64,000 nucleotides of DNA. It comes from Patescibacteria group bacterium. Its GTDB lineage: Bacteria; Patescibacteriota; Minisyncoccia; Phycocordibacterales; UBA918. This document shows, piece by piece, positions 55,703-64,000 of the stretch. Below the pieces are notes generated by a model that did not search any database, had not been told where the DNA came from, and saw only the letters and a program-made list of their open reading frames with translations. The stretch spans positions 2,313 to 66,312 of the forward strand of contig JBCCYW010000004.1 in the NCBI GenBank assembly GCA_039188945.1, given 5' to 3'. Position 1 is the first letter of the stretch; each line of letters starts with the position of its first letter. The position numbers and the translations under genes were made by a program.

Positions 55703-57379
55703 TTATAACACTTCTTCTTGGGGAGCGACTACATCAGTCTTAAATATTTTTCCTTCCAGTGACGTTGCTACTTCAAACAGTTCCGGTGACCGAACAACAT
55801 AATACGCCAACACAGTACCCGCTACTCCAGCGATGCCACCAATAAGTCCTTGGATGGAAATACCAACAAACGTGTCAGGATTGATTCCGTCAACCACAAA
55901 GTTGAGCGCAACGTAGGCCATAAAGCCTCCGACCGCAGCAGCAAACCCTGCTCGAGCCACATGCGGTAGCAGCCAGCGCAATGGCAGCGAAAACGCTCGT
56001 CGAGCAAACAGCAGCAACAAGATCGACTGGATAATCATCCCAATTGAATACCCAAGCGGCAGCATCAGCACCTCAGTACCTGGTACACCACTGACTCGCA
56101 TAATTTCCTCGAAGAAAGCCAGAAAGCCATCACTTAGACGAGCATTAACGTACAACCAACCTGCAAAAAAGATTGCGCCGACACTAGAGAAGAGTGTAAT
56201 GAGCAATGGCACTTTTGTTTTACCAGCTGCGTAAAAAGCCCGAATGATAAGCAAATTGACTGCCTGAGCGGCTAAAGAAATTACAAACAACGCTAGTACA
56301 GCAGCTGTTAAGCGCGTAGCGTCCCAATCGAATTCACCACTACCAAGCAAGACTCGTACAATATGTGCTCGCAAAACAATCATCAGTACGATTATTGGTA
56401 ATGACCAAAAGATAATATGTCTCAGTGCGGTAATGATATGCATACTAAATTCACGCATCCGCTGCTTCGCTAGCATTTCCGCCAAAGCCGGGAAAGCCGC
56501 TACCGAATAACTCACCCCGACAATGGCTAGTGGGACTGACTGAAGATTAAATGCAAATTGAAAGACCGATACCGAACCAACTGCCATCACGCTGGCTACA
56601 CTCACCAGAACAAGGAGTACGATTTGATTAAGCGAGAGTGTGAGTGCTCGAGGAATAGCTACCGCACATACTTCACGAAGAAAACTTCGCGAGATAGTAG
56701 TGGTAAAGCCAAACCGTAAATTCGTGCTACGTACGAGCGGCAGCTGCACCAACATGTGAGCAGCCGAACCGAGCACCACACCCCACACCAAGCCCGACAA
56801 CCCCATAAGTGGGTAGAAAACAACTACACCAATAATAATTCCAATGTTGTAGAAAAGTGGACTGATGGCATATACCACAAAACGGTGGTGCAGCTGAGTA
56901 ATGACCCCAAAGAGACTCGAGATACCGAGCAGGAGCGGTTGCAGGAGCAGTATGCGCATAAGTGTAGCCAACTCAGTAGTATGCTCGGAAAGACCAGGAA
57001 ACAAAATACCGACAGCTGCTGGCGCAAGCACAAACAAGACAGCAGCAATCGCGACATACGTTACTAAAAACAAAGAAAAAATCTGACTCAGTAGCTGTGC
57101 CCCCGCTTGCTCTCCAGCTGTTTCTGTAGTTCTACTAACAAACGGAATTAGTACATACACTGATAGCACCGAAGCAAACAAAACGAACAAGAGATCAGGA
57201 ATACGAAACGCACTGTAGTAGAGATCAAGCTCAATTCCGGTGCCAAAAGTACTCGCCAGCGATCGATCACGGATCAGGGCAAGCATTTGCGATCCAAACG
57301 CAAACAGTGCCAGCACATATGCAGCCTGGTGCAAGCCTCGCACCTCAGAGTAGAAAATATCTAGTACCCGGCGAACCAT
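55703..57379 (-). CDS. murJ: Lipid II flippase MurJ
   Basis: RDR.LA..FG, AFRIPD, YSVAAFP, RAFYA. Confidence 0.92.
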   Translation of the reverse strand: MVRRVLDIFYSEVRGLHQAAYVLALFAFGSQMLALIRDRSLASTFGTGIELDLYYSAFRIPDLLFVLFASVLSVYVLIPFVSRTTETAGEQAGAQLLSQIFSLFLVTYVAIAAVLFVLAPAAVGILFPGLSEHTTELATLMRILLLQPLLLGISSLFGVITQLHHRFVVYAISPLFYNIGIIIGVVVFYPLMGLSGLVWGVVLGSAAHMLVQLPLVRSTNLRFGFTTTISRSFLREVCAVAIPRALTLSLNQIVLLVLVSVASVMAVGSVSVFQFAFNLQSVPLAIVGVSYSVAAFPALAEMLAKQRMREFSMHIITALRHIIFWSLPIIVLMIVLRAHIVRVLLGSGEFDWDATRLTAAVLALFVISLAAQAVNLLIIRAFYAAGKTKVPLLITLFSSVGAIFFAGWLYVNARLSDGFLAFFEEIMRVSGVPGTEVLMLPLGYSIGMIIQSILLLLFARRAFSLPLRWLLPHVARAGFAAAVGGFMAYVALNFVVDGINPDTFVGISIQGLIGGIAGVAGTVLAYYVVRSPELFEVATSLEGKIFKTDVVAPQEEVL

Positions 57380-57388
57380 GCCCAGCTA

Positions 57389-59917
57389 TTACCCTGCTTC
57401 TTCTGTTTCAGTTACAGTTTCTTCATCAACTTCACTTGCTTCTGGTGTTTCAATCTCGGCAGTAGCGTCTTCATCAGCTAGGGGTGGCACATTTACTGGC
57501 GTTAGGAGATCAGTATCTGGAACTGTGTCTGGGCTGGTACTGACCGTCGCATCTTCAGTGGTTGGAGCTGGTTCGCTAATGAGTCCTGGCTGACTTGGAG
57601 TCGGTAGTCCCTCGCCACTCTCAAGTTGTGCAATCAAACTATCAACAACCGTGTTATCAGGATTGAGATCGCGAACGATCTGCAGCTGCGCAATGGCATC
57701 AGCATCTCGTCCTTGCTCGGCATAGGCGAGCGCCAGGAGGTAGCGTGCGTTGGCGTAGTTCTGATCGAGCGAAATAGCGGCTTCAAACGCCTGAATAGCA
57801 GCAGCGATATCAGCATTGGCTGAATGCAACACACCAAGCTGATAGTAGCGGGCTGGATTCTGTGGCTCAAGAGAGATAACTGCCTGAGTCGTGCTGATGG
57901 CTCCTGTCGTATTGCCGGCAGCGATATCAAGCTGGGTGAGGAACAACAGCGCATCGGTGTAGTCTTGCTTGAGACGAACCGCCTCGGCGGTCTTGGTACG
58001 AGCGGCTTCGAGATCACCAGTTCGCGAATCGATCTGCGCTTCGATTAAGAGGTATTCTGGATTTTGTGGGTCAAGACGACGCGCCTCAGCAATAGCCTCT
58101 CGCGCCCGTTCAGCCGAACCCTCGATGTTTGCAACCGTCAGAACACTGTACACACTACCGAGCGTCGCCCAGTTGAGTGCATCAGTGCCATCGATATCAA
58201 CCGCTACCTGGGCGGAGCGGATACCGTTGGCAATAGCATCTCGAAATTGCTGCTGCTGGGTTTCGGTTGGCTCTGGAAGGTTGAGTAGCGTATTTATGCG
58301 AGCTAGTTGGTAGCCAGCGATCTGGCGGGCATACGTATCACTTTCGTAGAGCGTGAACGCTTCGGCAATTTGTTGCTCAACAGCTTCGAGTTGCGTGCCC
58401 GCTTGGATACTACCAATTGCATCATTGAAGCTGTATAGCGCAACATAGTGACGGCCCGAGAAGTAAAGCGTCGCCACCGAAGCCACAATAACCACCATCA
58501 CACCAGCAACGAGTGCAAAACCAGCTCGACGATCGGTCGAAATCGAAATGGTGAGAGCTTTCCCTGGCATCAGGGCTGAATTGGCCACAAATGTGACGCC
58601 AGTAAAAATTGCTGCTAAGAGCAAAATACTACTACCCGGCACATAGACAATACTCATGCCCCACAAAAAGACTGCCGCCACAAAGCTTGATGAACCAATA
58701 AAGTACCAGAACTTATCTGATTGTCTGGTGTAAAACAACATCCTAAACCCGGTGTAGAGCAGTAGCCCGAGAAATGCTATCCAAGCGACAATACCGACGA
58801 TACCGGTAGTCACCAGAAAGGTTGGAATGTAACCACTACCAGCGTTGAAGGACGTGTTCCAAAAGATAGTGCTGTTTATGGCTGGGTCTTTGTAGAGTCG
58901 CCAAGCGTCACTGAATTTGTTAGGACCAATACCTAAAAAGGCATTTTCGCCGAATGTGGCAGCGGCAACATCGACAGTAGCCTCGAAAGAGGGACGAACT
59001 TCAACAAATGAGATGCTAGTGACATTACTCACCGCATTCCCAAGGAGCGACCCACCAATCACAAAAATAAGTGAGACCACAAACACTAGCATTGTTGAAA
59101 GGGTCGCAGTCAACGACGTGCTGCCCTTGGCTGTGGTCGGCATCAGTTCTGATTGCGGACGAAACCGATCTTTTGTGAGAGCGTACATCAGTACTACCAA
59201 ACTCACGAGACCAAGTACAAGCCAGATCGTGAAAAAATTGATAACCGCCAACATCGCGAGTGACACAACAACTACAGCCGCGAATAGGCCCTGACCAAGT
59301 TTCGGCAACGGCAGCTGCTCAAGAGCGACGATAGAGAGCAAGATGGAGAGTCCGAAGAAGATTGCTAGGTCGTTCCAGCCCCCTAGTGGTGAACTGACGT
59401 TTGAAGTAAATAGACCGAGCGATAGAAAATCAGCGCCAAAAAAGACCCGAAAGAGATGGAAGAGTCCGAGCAACACGGTGCTGGCCGCTAATAAGGTGTA
59501 CAAGCGCATTAACTGCACCTTGTTATCAATAAACATGCCAGCTGAGGTCGCCACCAGTGCCATCAGGACCAAGAATAAAGCTGACTGCGTTTCAAAAGCT
59601 TCGCCAACAAGCGCATCTCCACTGTCACCAGAAAACAACGCTGAGAGTAGTGCTACACCCGCCACACCCCAAAGCGCAACCAGAGCTCGCGAAGCAGCGA
59701 GATTAATGGTTCCCGAGCGTAGTACCGACAGACTAAAGAAGATAAGTGCCACAAAGATGCCGAATAGGACAAACAGGGTTTTTGAGTAACCGAATGGCGC
59801 TAGAGCCGAAGGAATAAAAAATATTGGTGTCAAACCAAACACGATGGTCAAAACGTACTGCGAGATAGTGCGCAGGGTTACAGCCATCGCATCAGAAGAC
59901 TGAGATTGTGATTGCAT
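57389..59917 (-). CDS. O-antigen-ligase-like multi-TM protein with C-terminal TPRs
   Basis: ~12 TMs, LGIGPN.F, TGIVG; TPRs (AISLDQNYANARY.L). Confidence 0.8.
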   Translation of the reverse strand: MQSQSQSSDAMAVTLRTISQYVLTIVFGLTPIFFIPSALAPFGYSKTLFVLFGIFVALIFFSLSVLRSGTINLAASRALVALWGVAGVALLSALFSGDSGDALVGEAFETQSALFLVLMALVATSAGMFIDNKVQLMRLYTLLAASTVLLGLFHLFRVFFGADFLSLGLFTSNVSSPLGGWNDLAIFFGLSILLSIVALEQLPLPKLGQGLFAAVVVVSLAMLAVINFFTIWLVLGLVSLVVLMYALTKDRFRPQSELMPTTAKGSTSLTATLSTMLVFVVSLIFVIGGSLLGNAVSNVTSISFVEVRPSFEATVDVAAATFGENAFLGIGPNKFSDAWRLYKDPAINSTIFWNTSFNAGSGYIPTFLVTTGIVGIVAWIAFLGLLLYTGFRMLFYTRQSDKFWYFIGSSSFVAAVFLWGMSIVYVPGSSILLLAAIFTGVTFVANSALMPGKALTISISTDRRAGFALVAGVMVVIVASVATLYFSGRHYVALYSFNDAIGSIQAGTQLEAVEQQIAEAFTLYESDTYARQIAGYQLARINTLLNLPEPTETQQQQFRDAIANGIRSAQVAVDIDGTDALNWATLGSVYSVLTVANIEGSAERAREAIAEARRLDPQNPEYLLIEAQIDSRTGDLEAARTKTAEAVRLKQDYTDALLFLTQLDIAAGNTTGAISTTQAVISLEPQNPARYYQLGVLHSANADIAAAIQAFEAAISLDQNYANARYLLALAYAEQGRDADAIAQLQIVRDLNPDNTVVDSLIAQLESGEGLPTPSQPGLISEPAPTTEDATVSTSPDTVPDTDLLTPVNVPPLADEDATAEIETPEASEVDEETVTETEEAG

Positions 59918-60017
59918 AAAATTACTACCTAGAAATAAAACCTCCAAACGCTTGGTGGATTCTTGTAAGAATACCATATAAGAAAAACCACCAGTCGGTG
60001 AACTAGTGGTTTTTCAG

Positions 60018-60372
60018 GTCCAGCACATATAAGCCGAATTCTGTCGAGGCAAGCCTCGGATGATCATATACCTGGGATAGTTGTTGCCAACTACCTCGTG
60101 CGGCTCTTCCGGCCGAAATTTCAGGCAAGTGCCTGAAATTTCGGCCGGACACGGCCTTGCATACAGGTAAGGATTTTGCCGTTTCACCCTCTGTGTTACC
60201 ACAGAAGCTATTCCCAGAAGGAATTCCTTCACTTTCGATCCGGACGTCTCTGCTCGCACCTCTACGTAGTTACCTACGCGACGGGCGTTACCCGCTACCC
60301 TGCTCCACCAAAAAGGTGGGTATGTTCGGACTTTCCTCTGCACCAAAGTACAGCGATCATCATGTGCGGTAG
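60018..60372 (-). ncRNA. rnpB: RNase P RNA
   Basis: GAGGAAAGTCC and GACAGAATTCGGCTTAT P4 halves on minus strand; terminator ~59983-60013; ends approximate. Confidence 0.95.
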
Positions 60373-60390
60373 CAGCTATTATGCAACAAA

Positions 60391-60951
60391 TTAATTTTTC
60401 TGCAACTGTTCTGGGAGTATCACCTGTTCCCCTTTTGTGATGCCATGTTTTTCTGAAAACCCTGCCACTGTTTCCACTACGTAGCGCGCTGGCGAATCTG
60501 GCTTAAATGACGTTGGATAGGTCTCAGGCGAAACACTCTCTTCTATATGTACGATCGTGCCTGTTGCCGATACCCAGATCATATCGATCGAGAACAACAT
60601 GTCTTTCATCCAAAAACTCCAGGTGTCGTCGCGCGGAAATACAAATAGCTTCACTTCATCCTCTTGCATACCCGGTACGCCTGAGAGACCTAGGATTCTC
60701 TCTTCACGGTCATCTGCTACTGATGCCAGAACAGGTACAGAACCAACTGTCATGGGCACAGTGCCAAATGGTGTCTCCTCAGGATCAGCTTTAGGAACTG
60801 GGACTTCAACGACCGTTAGGGATTCTTCTGTAGGACTTGCAGTAGTGTCATCAACTGACTCTGGCCGATCTATCTGCTGAGAAACTGCAACGCCCACAAT
60901 GGTTCCGAGTAAAAGTGCAATCACAACCCCAACGACAAGCGGTCGATTCAT
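60391..60951 (-). CDS. DUF192 family protein
   Basis: R..GLS, LFVF, FWMKDM.F.IDMIW, YVVE..AG. Confidence 0.88.
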   Translation of the reverse strand: MNRPLVVGVVIALLLGTIVGVAVSQQIDRPESVDDTTASPTEESLTVVEVPVPKADPEETPFGTVPMTVGSVPVLASVADDREERILGLSGVPGMQEDEVKLFVFPRDDTWSFWMKDMLFSIDMIWVSATGTIVHIEESVSPETYPTSFKPDSPARYVVETVAGFSEKHGITKGEQVILPEQLQKN

Positions 60952-60956
60952 GGCAA

Positions 60957-61361
60957 CTAGCTAAAGAGACTAAAGAGGTACACTGCCCCGGCTGCCACAC
61001 TCGCTCCCAGCACCGTACCCCAAAGCATGTCGACAATAACCACTTGTAGTGGCCAGTCACGGAGCGTAGCTAAATTAGTAAGATCGTAGGTGGCATAGGT
61101 AAAAAAGCCATAAAGTGCCCCAAGAGTCAGCGCGGTAATAACCGAGCTTTTCTCAGCCGCTGGATACAGCGCAAAAAAAGTAAGGCCAAGGAGAAATACC
61201 AAGTAAAAGATGATAGCCGCTGGCCAATTGATATCTCCCATCAAGTGGTCAAGGCGCGTGCGATAAAAACTCTTTGCAATAACACCCAACCAGAGTAAAT
61301 CAATGATAAAAAAGAGAGGTACGCTAAGGGCGTAGAGAGTTACAAATGTTACTAGATTCAT
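60957..61361 (-). CDS. DUF2177 family membrane protein
   Basis: IDLLWLG, YATYDLTN.ATL.DWP...DMLWG. Confidence 0.88.
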   Translation of the reverse strand: MNLVTFVTLYALSVPLFFIIDLLWLGVIAKSFYRTRLDHLMGDINWPAAIIFYLVFLLGLTFFALYPAAEKSSVITALTLGALYGFFTYATYDLTNLATLRDWPLQVVIVDMLWGTVLGASVAAGAVYLFSLFS

Positions 61362-61382
61362 AACTGCAGTATAGCAAATACC

Positions 61383-62132
61383 CTACCCAAGAGCGCCTGG
61401 GTGTTGCTGACTCCATTGCGAGAACACCGTACCAGCTGAGACAGAAGCATTAAGGGACTCAACTCGATCAGAAATCGGGATAGTGATCAGCTGATCACAG
61501 GCTTCGCGGGTTTTTTCACGTAACCCATCAGCTTCGTTTCCAAGCACAAAGACAGTTGGCTTCGAAAACGTTTCTTCATACAAAGAACTTTCTCCTTCCC
61601 CGGCCAAGCCATATACCCAGAACCCCTTATCTTTGAGATCCTTGAGGGTAGTATTTACATTCCCAATCGAAACCAACGGAACCGAAAATGCCGCTCCCGC
61701 AGAAACCTTAATGACAGTTCCAGTGACTGGCGCTTGGCGGTGTTCAGGAATCAGTACCGCGCTCAAGCCAAACGCTGCGGCTGAGCGAATGACCGCACCA
61801 ACATTGTGAGGGTCTTGCACTTCACCCAAGACCACCAGAGCGGTTGCTTCGGTTGGCTCGAGCTCAGCAATGAAATCTTTGTAGGGAGTAATCATGGTTG
61901 CCGTAAGTACCCGCGCGATCACACCTTGGTGAGTTGCATCATTCGATACGCCACCCGGCAACTTCTTCCCGGTAATCGGGAGGATTTTAATCCCTAAACT
62001 TCGCGCCCGATCGCGCACCCAAGCATCTTCAAAACTATGTGAAAGATAAAGGGTCGTAAACGCCTCCGGGCGTTTTTCCAACGCTTCTTTGACAGCATGT
62101 TTTCCGTAGATGAAAGTTTCTGAACGTTTCAT
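61383..62132 (-). CDS. rlmB: 23S rRNA Gm2251 methyltransferase RlmB (TrmH family)
   Basis: YGKH.V.EAL, HQGV, DPHNVGAVIRSA, GNE..GLR, ESLNASV. Confidence 0.92.
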   Translation of the reverse strand: MKRSETFIYGKHAVKEALEKRPEAFTTLYLSHSFEDAWVRDRARSLGIKILPITGKKLPGGVSNDATHQGVIARVLTATMITPYKDFIAELEPTEATALVVLGEVQDPHNVGAVIRSAAAFGLSAVLIPEHRQAPVTGTVIKVSAGAAFSVPLVSIGNVNTTLKDLKDKGFWVYGLAGEGESSLYEETFSKPTVFVLGNEADGLREKTREACDQLITIPISDRVESLNASVSAGTVFSQWSQQHPGALG

Positions 62133-62284
62133 GCCCACTACTCTAGCACGAATGGCCATGTTTTTAAGGTTTGTCTATTGCAGAATATACAGAATGTGTT
62201 TTAATCCTTGCACGACCTAACTCCTAGAGGCCAGTCGACCAAGAGGTGTAAGGGTTATTTACAAAGTTTAATCGCAAACAATCC

Positions 62285-62533
62285 ATGACCGGAACAATTG
62301 CGCGTGTCACTGACAAGGGATTCGGATTCATCAAGCCTGATGAAGGTGATAAGGATGTATTCTTTCACGCCGCTTCTCTCAACGGAATCGCATACGACGA
62401 CCTCCGTGAAGGTGACGCTGTAACCTTCGACCTCGAAGAGGGACCAAAGGGACCAGCTGCAGCCAATGTAACAAGGGCTGAGGGTGGTGCAGCTCCAGAA
62501 GCTGCTGACGAAGCAACCGACGAAGCTGCGTAA
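62285..62533 (+). CDS. Cold-shock protein
   Basis: KGFGFI, DVFFH, GPKGP.A.NV; terminator ~62545-62580. Confidence 0.93.
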   Translation: MTGTIARVTDKGFGFIKPDEGDKDVFFHAASLNGIAYDDLREGDAVTFDLEEGPKGPAAANVTRAEGGAAPEAADEATDEAA

Positions 62534-62635
62534 GCAGCAACACAAAAAGACGCGCCGGCTCCCGCCGGCGCGTCTTTTTTGTATAAAAAGAAAAGGGCCG
62601 CGGACGGCCCTTTGGTTCTTCGCACAGCTCACGAC

Positions 62636-63127
62636 CTAAGTTGCTTTTGGCCACATCGTCATCACAAGACCAACTGAAATTACGATGACACCCACAAAGT
62701 TTATCCACCCAAAGTCAGACTCTGGAAATCCTTGAGGATGTTTTTTACCCAACCAGTACAACGCCAGATATGATATCGGCGCATTAGCACCGATGATGGC
62801 CCACACCATTCCAGGATTTGGTGCCGCCGCCAAAGATTGCGCCATCCAGGCATTAGCGACTCCACCAAAAACGAGTCCCAAACCAACTACAACGACGAAA
62901 ACCCACCCCGGTTGAAACAGGCCAACGACAGTAGCTTGTGGTGACATCCACGTAAATGCAGTAAACGCCAAGACGATGCCAATATACCAGCTCATTAAGA
63001 ACTTTTCTGCTGTAAAGCTAGGTATCCGATGGGCCGTCCACACCATAGCGACAGTAAAACCAGCCAAAATAATCGTTGAGGCCAGTGACTTAAGCTGCCA
63101 TGGCCAGGCAGCTGTCTGTTCAAGCAT
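62636..63127 (-). CDS. Five-TM membrane protein (DMT/EamA half-like)
   Basis: 5 hydrophobic segments, APNPG; TTGCAA..TATAGT promoter and AGGAG SD. Confidence 0.65.
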   Translation of the reverse strand: MLEQTAAWPWQLKSLASTIILAGFTVAMVWTAHRIPSFTAEKFLMSWYIGIVLAFTAFTWMSPQATVVGLFQPGWVFVVVVGLGLVFGGVANAWMAQSLAAAPNPGMVWAIIGANAPISYLALYWLGKKHPQGFPESDFGWINFVGVIVISVGLVMTMWPKAT

Positions 63128-63263
63128 GATTTTCTCCTGTTCTGAACTGTCGCAACTATATGAAAAACAGAATAATTTGCAACACTAAAACCCACGACTT
63201 AGGAAAGTGCGGGCTTTAGCGATAACGTATTGTATTCATTTTGTAGTGATTACCAATTAAATA

Positions 63264-63485
63264 TTGGAACACGTACCCTTGCCGAAATTGAGTTGTAGCT
63301 GACTGCCGGTCAGTTGACCAGGACCACCACGGCAGATGTTCGGCATAGTAGTGAGTCTAAAATGATCGTTTAGGCGCCTGCGTAAAGCAATTGCTCTAAG
63401 AACTAGGTGACTCGGGCGACGGACCATCTGCTGCCCTGCTCGCTACTTATTACTACTACCCAGCGGGAAAATTATTTCATTCCAA
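63264..63485 (+). ncRNA. Candidate ~220 nt structured RNA
   Basis: Closing TTGGAA/TTCCAA, stems 63280-86/63339-45, 63297-303/63309-15, 63347-55/63439-47; long-range GGCAGATG/CATCTGCT. Confidence 0.5.
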
Positions 63486-63650
63486 ATATAGCTTTTAAGG
63501 CAATTGACAATAAGTAAAAATATGCTATTATATAAAGGCTTTTGATCTATTGTGTGGAATGTCAGAGGCGCGGAAACTTGGTTTACCTCTTGCTTCTGGA
63601 TTTATACTCCGCACCCTGAAACACGCAGTGTTTCCTAACTCAACAACCTA

Positions 63651-64000
63651 ATGCAAACTACTCGTAGCCGAGGTCCTCGACGCCATGGCAGTGCGTCTGC
63701 CCGTCCGAACAAACGTCGACGTTTTTCTTCGCAGCGACCAAACAATCGTCGGTCATTTCATGGTGGTTCTCAGCCATCGCGAGGTCGTCGTCGCGTGATG
63801 CCAAGCTTCGACCCATCACAATTTATTAACAAAAACCCAACTGAATATACCGAGGAGGTGTATCAGGCACAGCACAAGTTTAAAGACTTTGGGATAGATG
63901 GTCGGATGCTCAAAACCCTAGCAGCTATGAACATCGATACCCCTTCCCCGATTCAAGATCAGGTGATTCCGCATATTCTTGAAGGAAAGGATGTGGTTGG
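63651..64000 (+). CDS. DEAD-box RNA helicase, partial (runs off window end)
   Basis: Own translation: Arg-rich N-terminus then Q motif FKDFGI...PSPIQDQVIPHILEGKDVVG; TTGACA..TATTAT promoter ~63504-63532. Confidence 0.88.
   Translation, partial: MQTTRSRGPRRHGSASARPNKRRRFSSQRPNNRRSFHGGSQPSRGRRRVMPSFDPSQFINKNPTEYTEEVYQAQHKFKDFGIDGRMLKTLAAMNIDTPSPIQDQVIPHILEGKDVV

Noticed and set aside
60014-60394. ORFs in the track over this region
   Set aside because: The region is RNase P RNA.
1-64000. Alternative genetic code (UGA=Gly, as in Gracilibacteria/SR1)
   Set aside because: Core genes translate full-length under code 11, and TGA ends ftsA and prsW.

Overview
The window is a 64 kb chromosomal segment of a reduced-genome bacterium. 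It is very likely Patescibacteria/Parcubacteria (Kaiserbacteria-like), an inference from the T4SS-type pilin arrays, short IF-2/ValRS/S1, mostly SD-less core genes and gene order. It carries core genes (clpB, iscS, infB, rbfA, trhO, gyrA, rpsA, pth, lepB, rpsU, ybeY, ftsA, ftsZ, trxB, glmS, tsaC, tsaD, valS, lepA, murJ, rlmB, a partial DEAD-box helicase), 9 tRNAs, RNase P RNA and six pilin-like genes. No integrase, transposase, CRISPR array or prophage was seen. The most unusual signals are mostly non-coding. (1) A family of 80-240 bp, hairpin-rich, ORF-less inserts sits between a gene and a duplicated copy of that gene's own 5' or 3' end. They occur at 7 of 9 tRNAs and at pth, where the displaced copy differs mainly by synonymous changes. 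(2) Two copies of a ~120 bp MITE with CGTTAGAGAT termini are inserted exactly at start codons and duplicate ATGA(A/G). (3) Two pilins are fused to putative peptidoglycan hydrolase domains. (4) There are several large structured RNA candidates: two before rpsA, one before the DEAD-box gene and a 6S-like rod after lepA. (5) Smaller signals are a degenerate HisRS paralog, a HAPP-motif leader ORF and a phased DnaA-box array. All calls were made by eye, without database searches.
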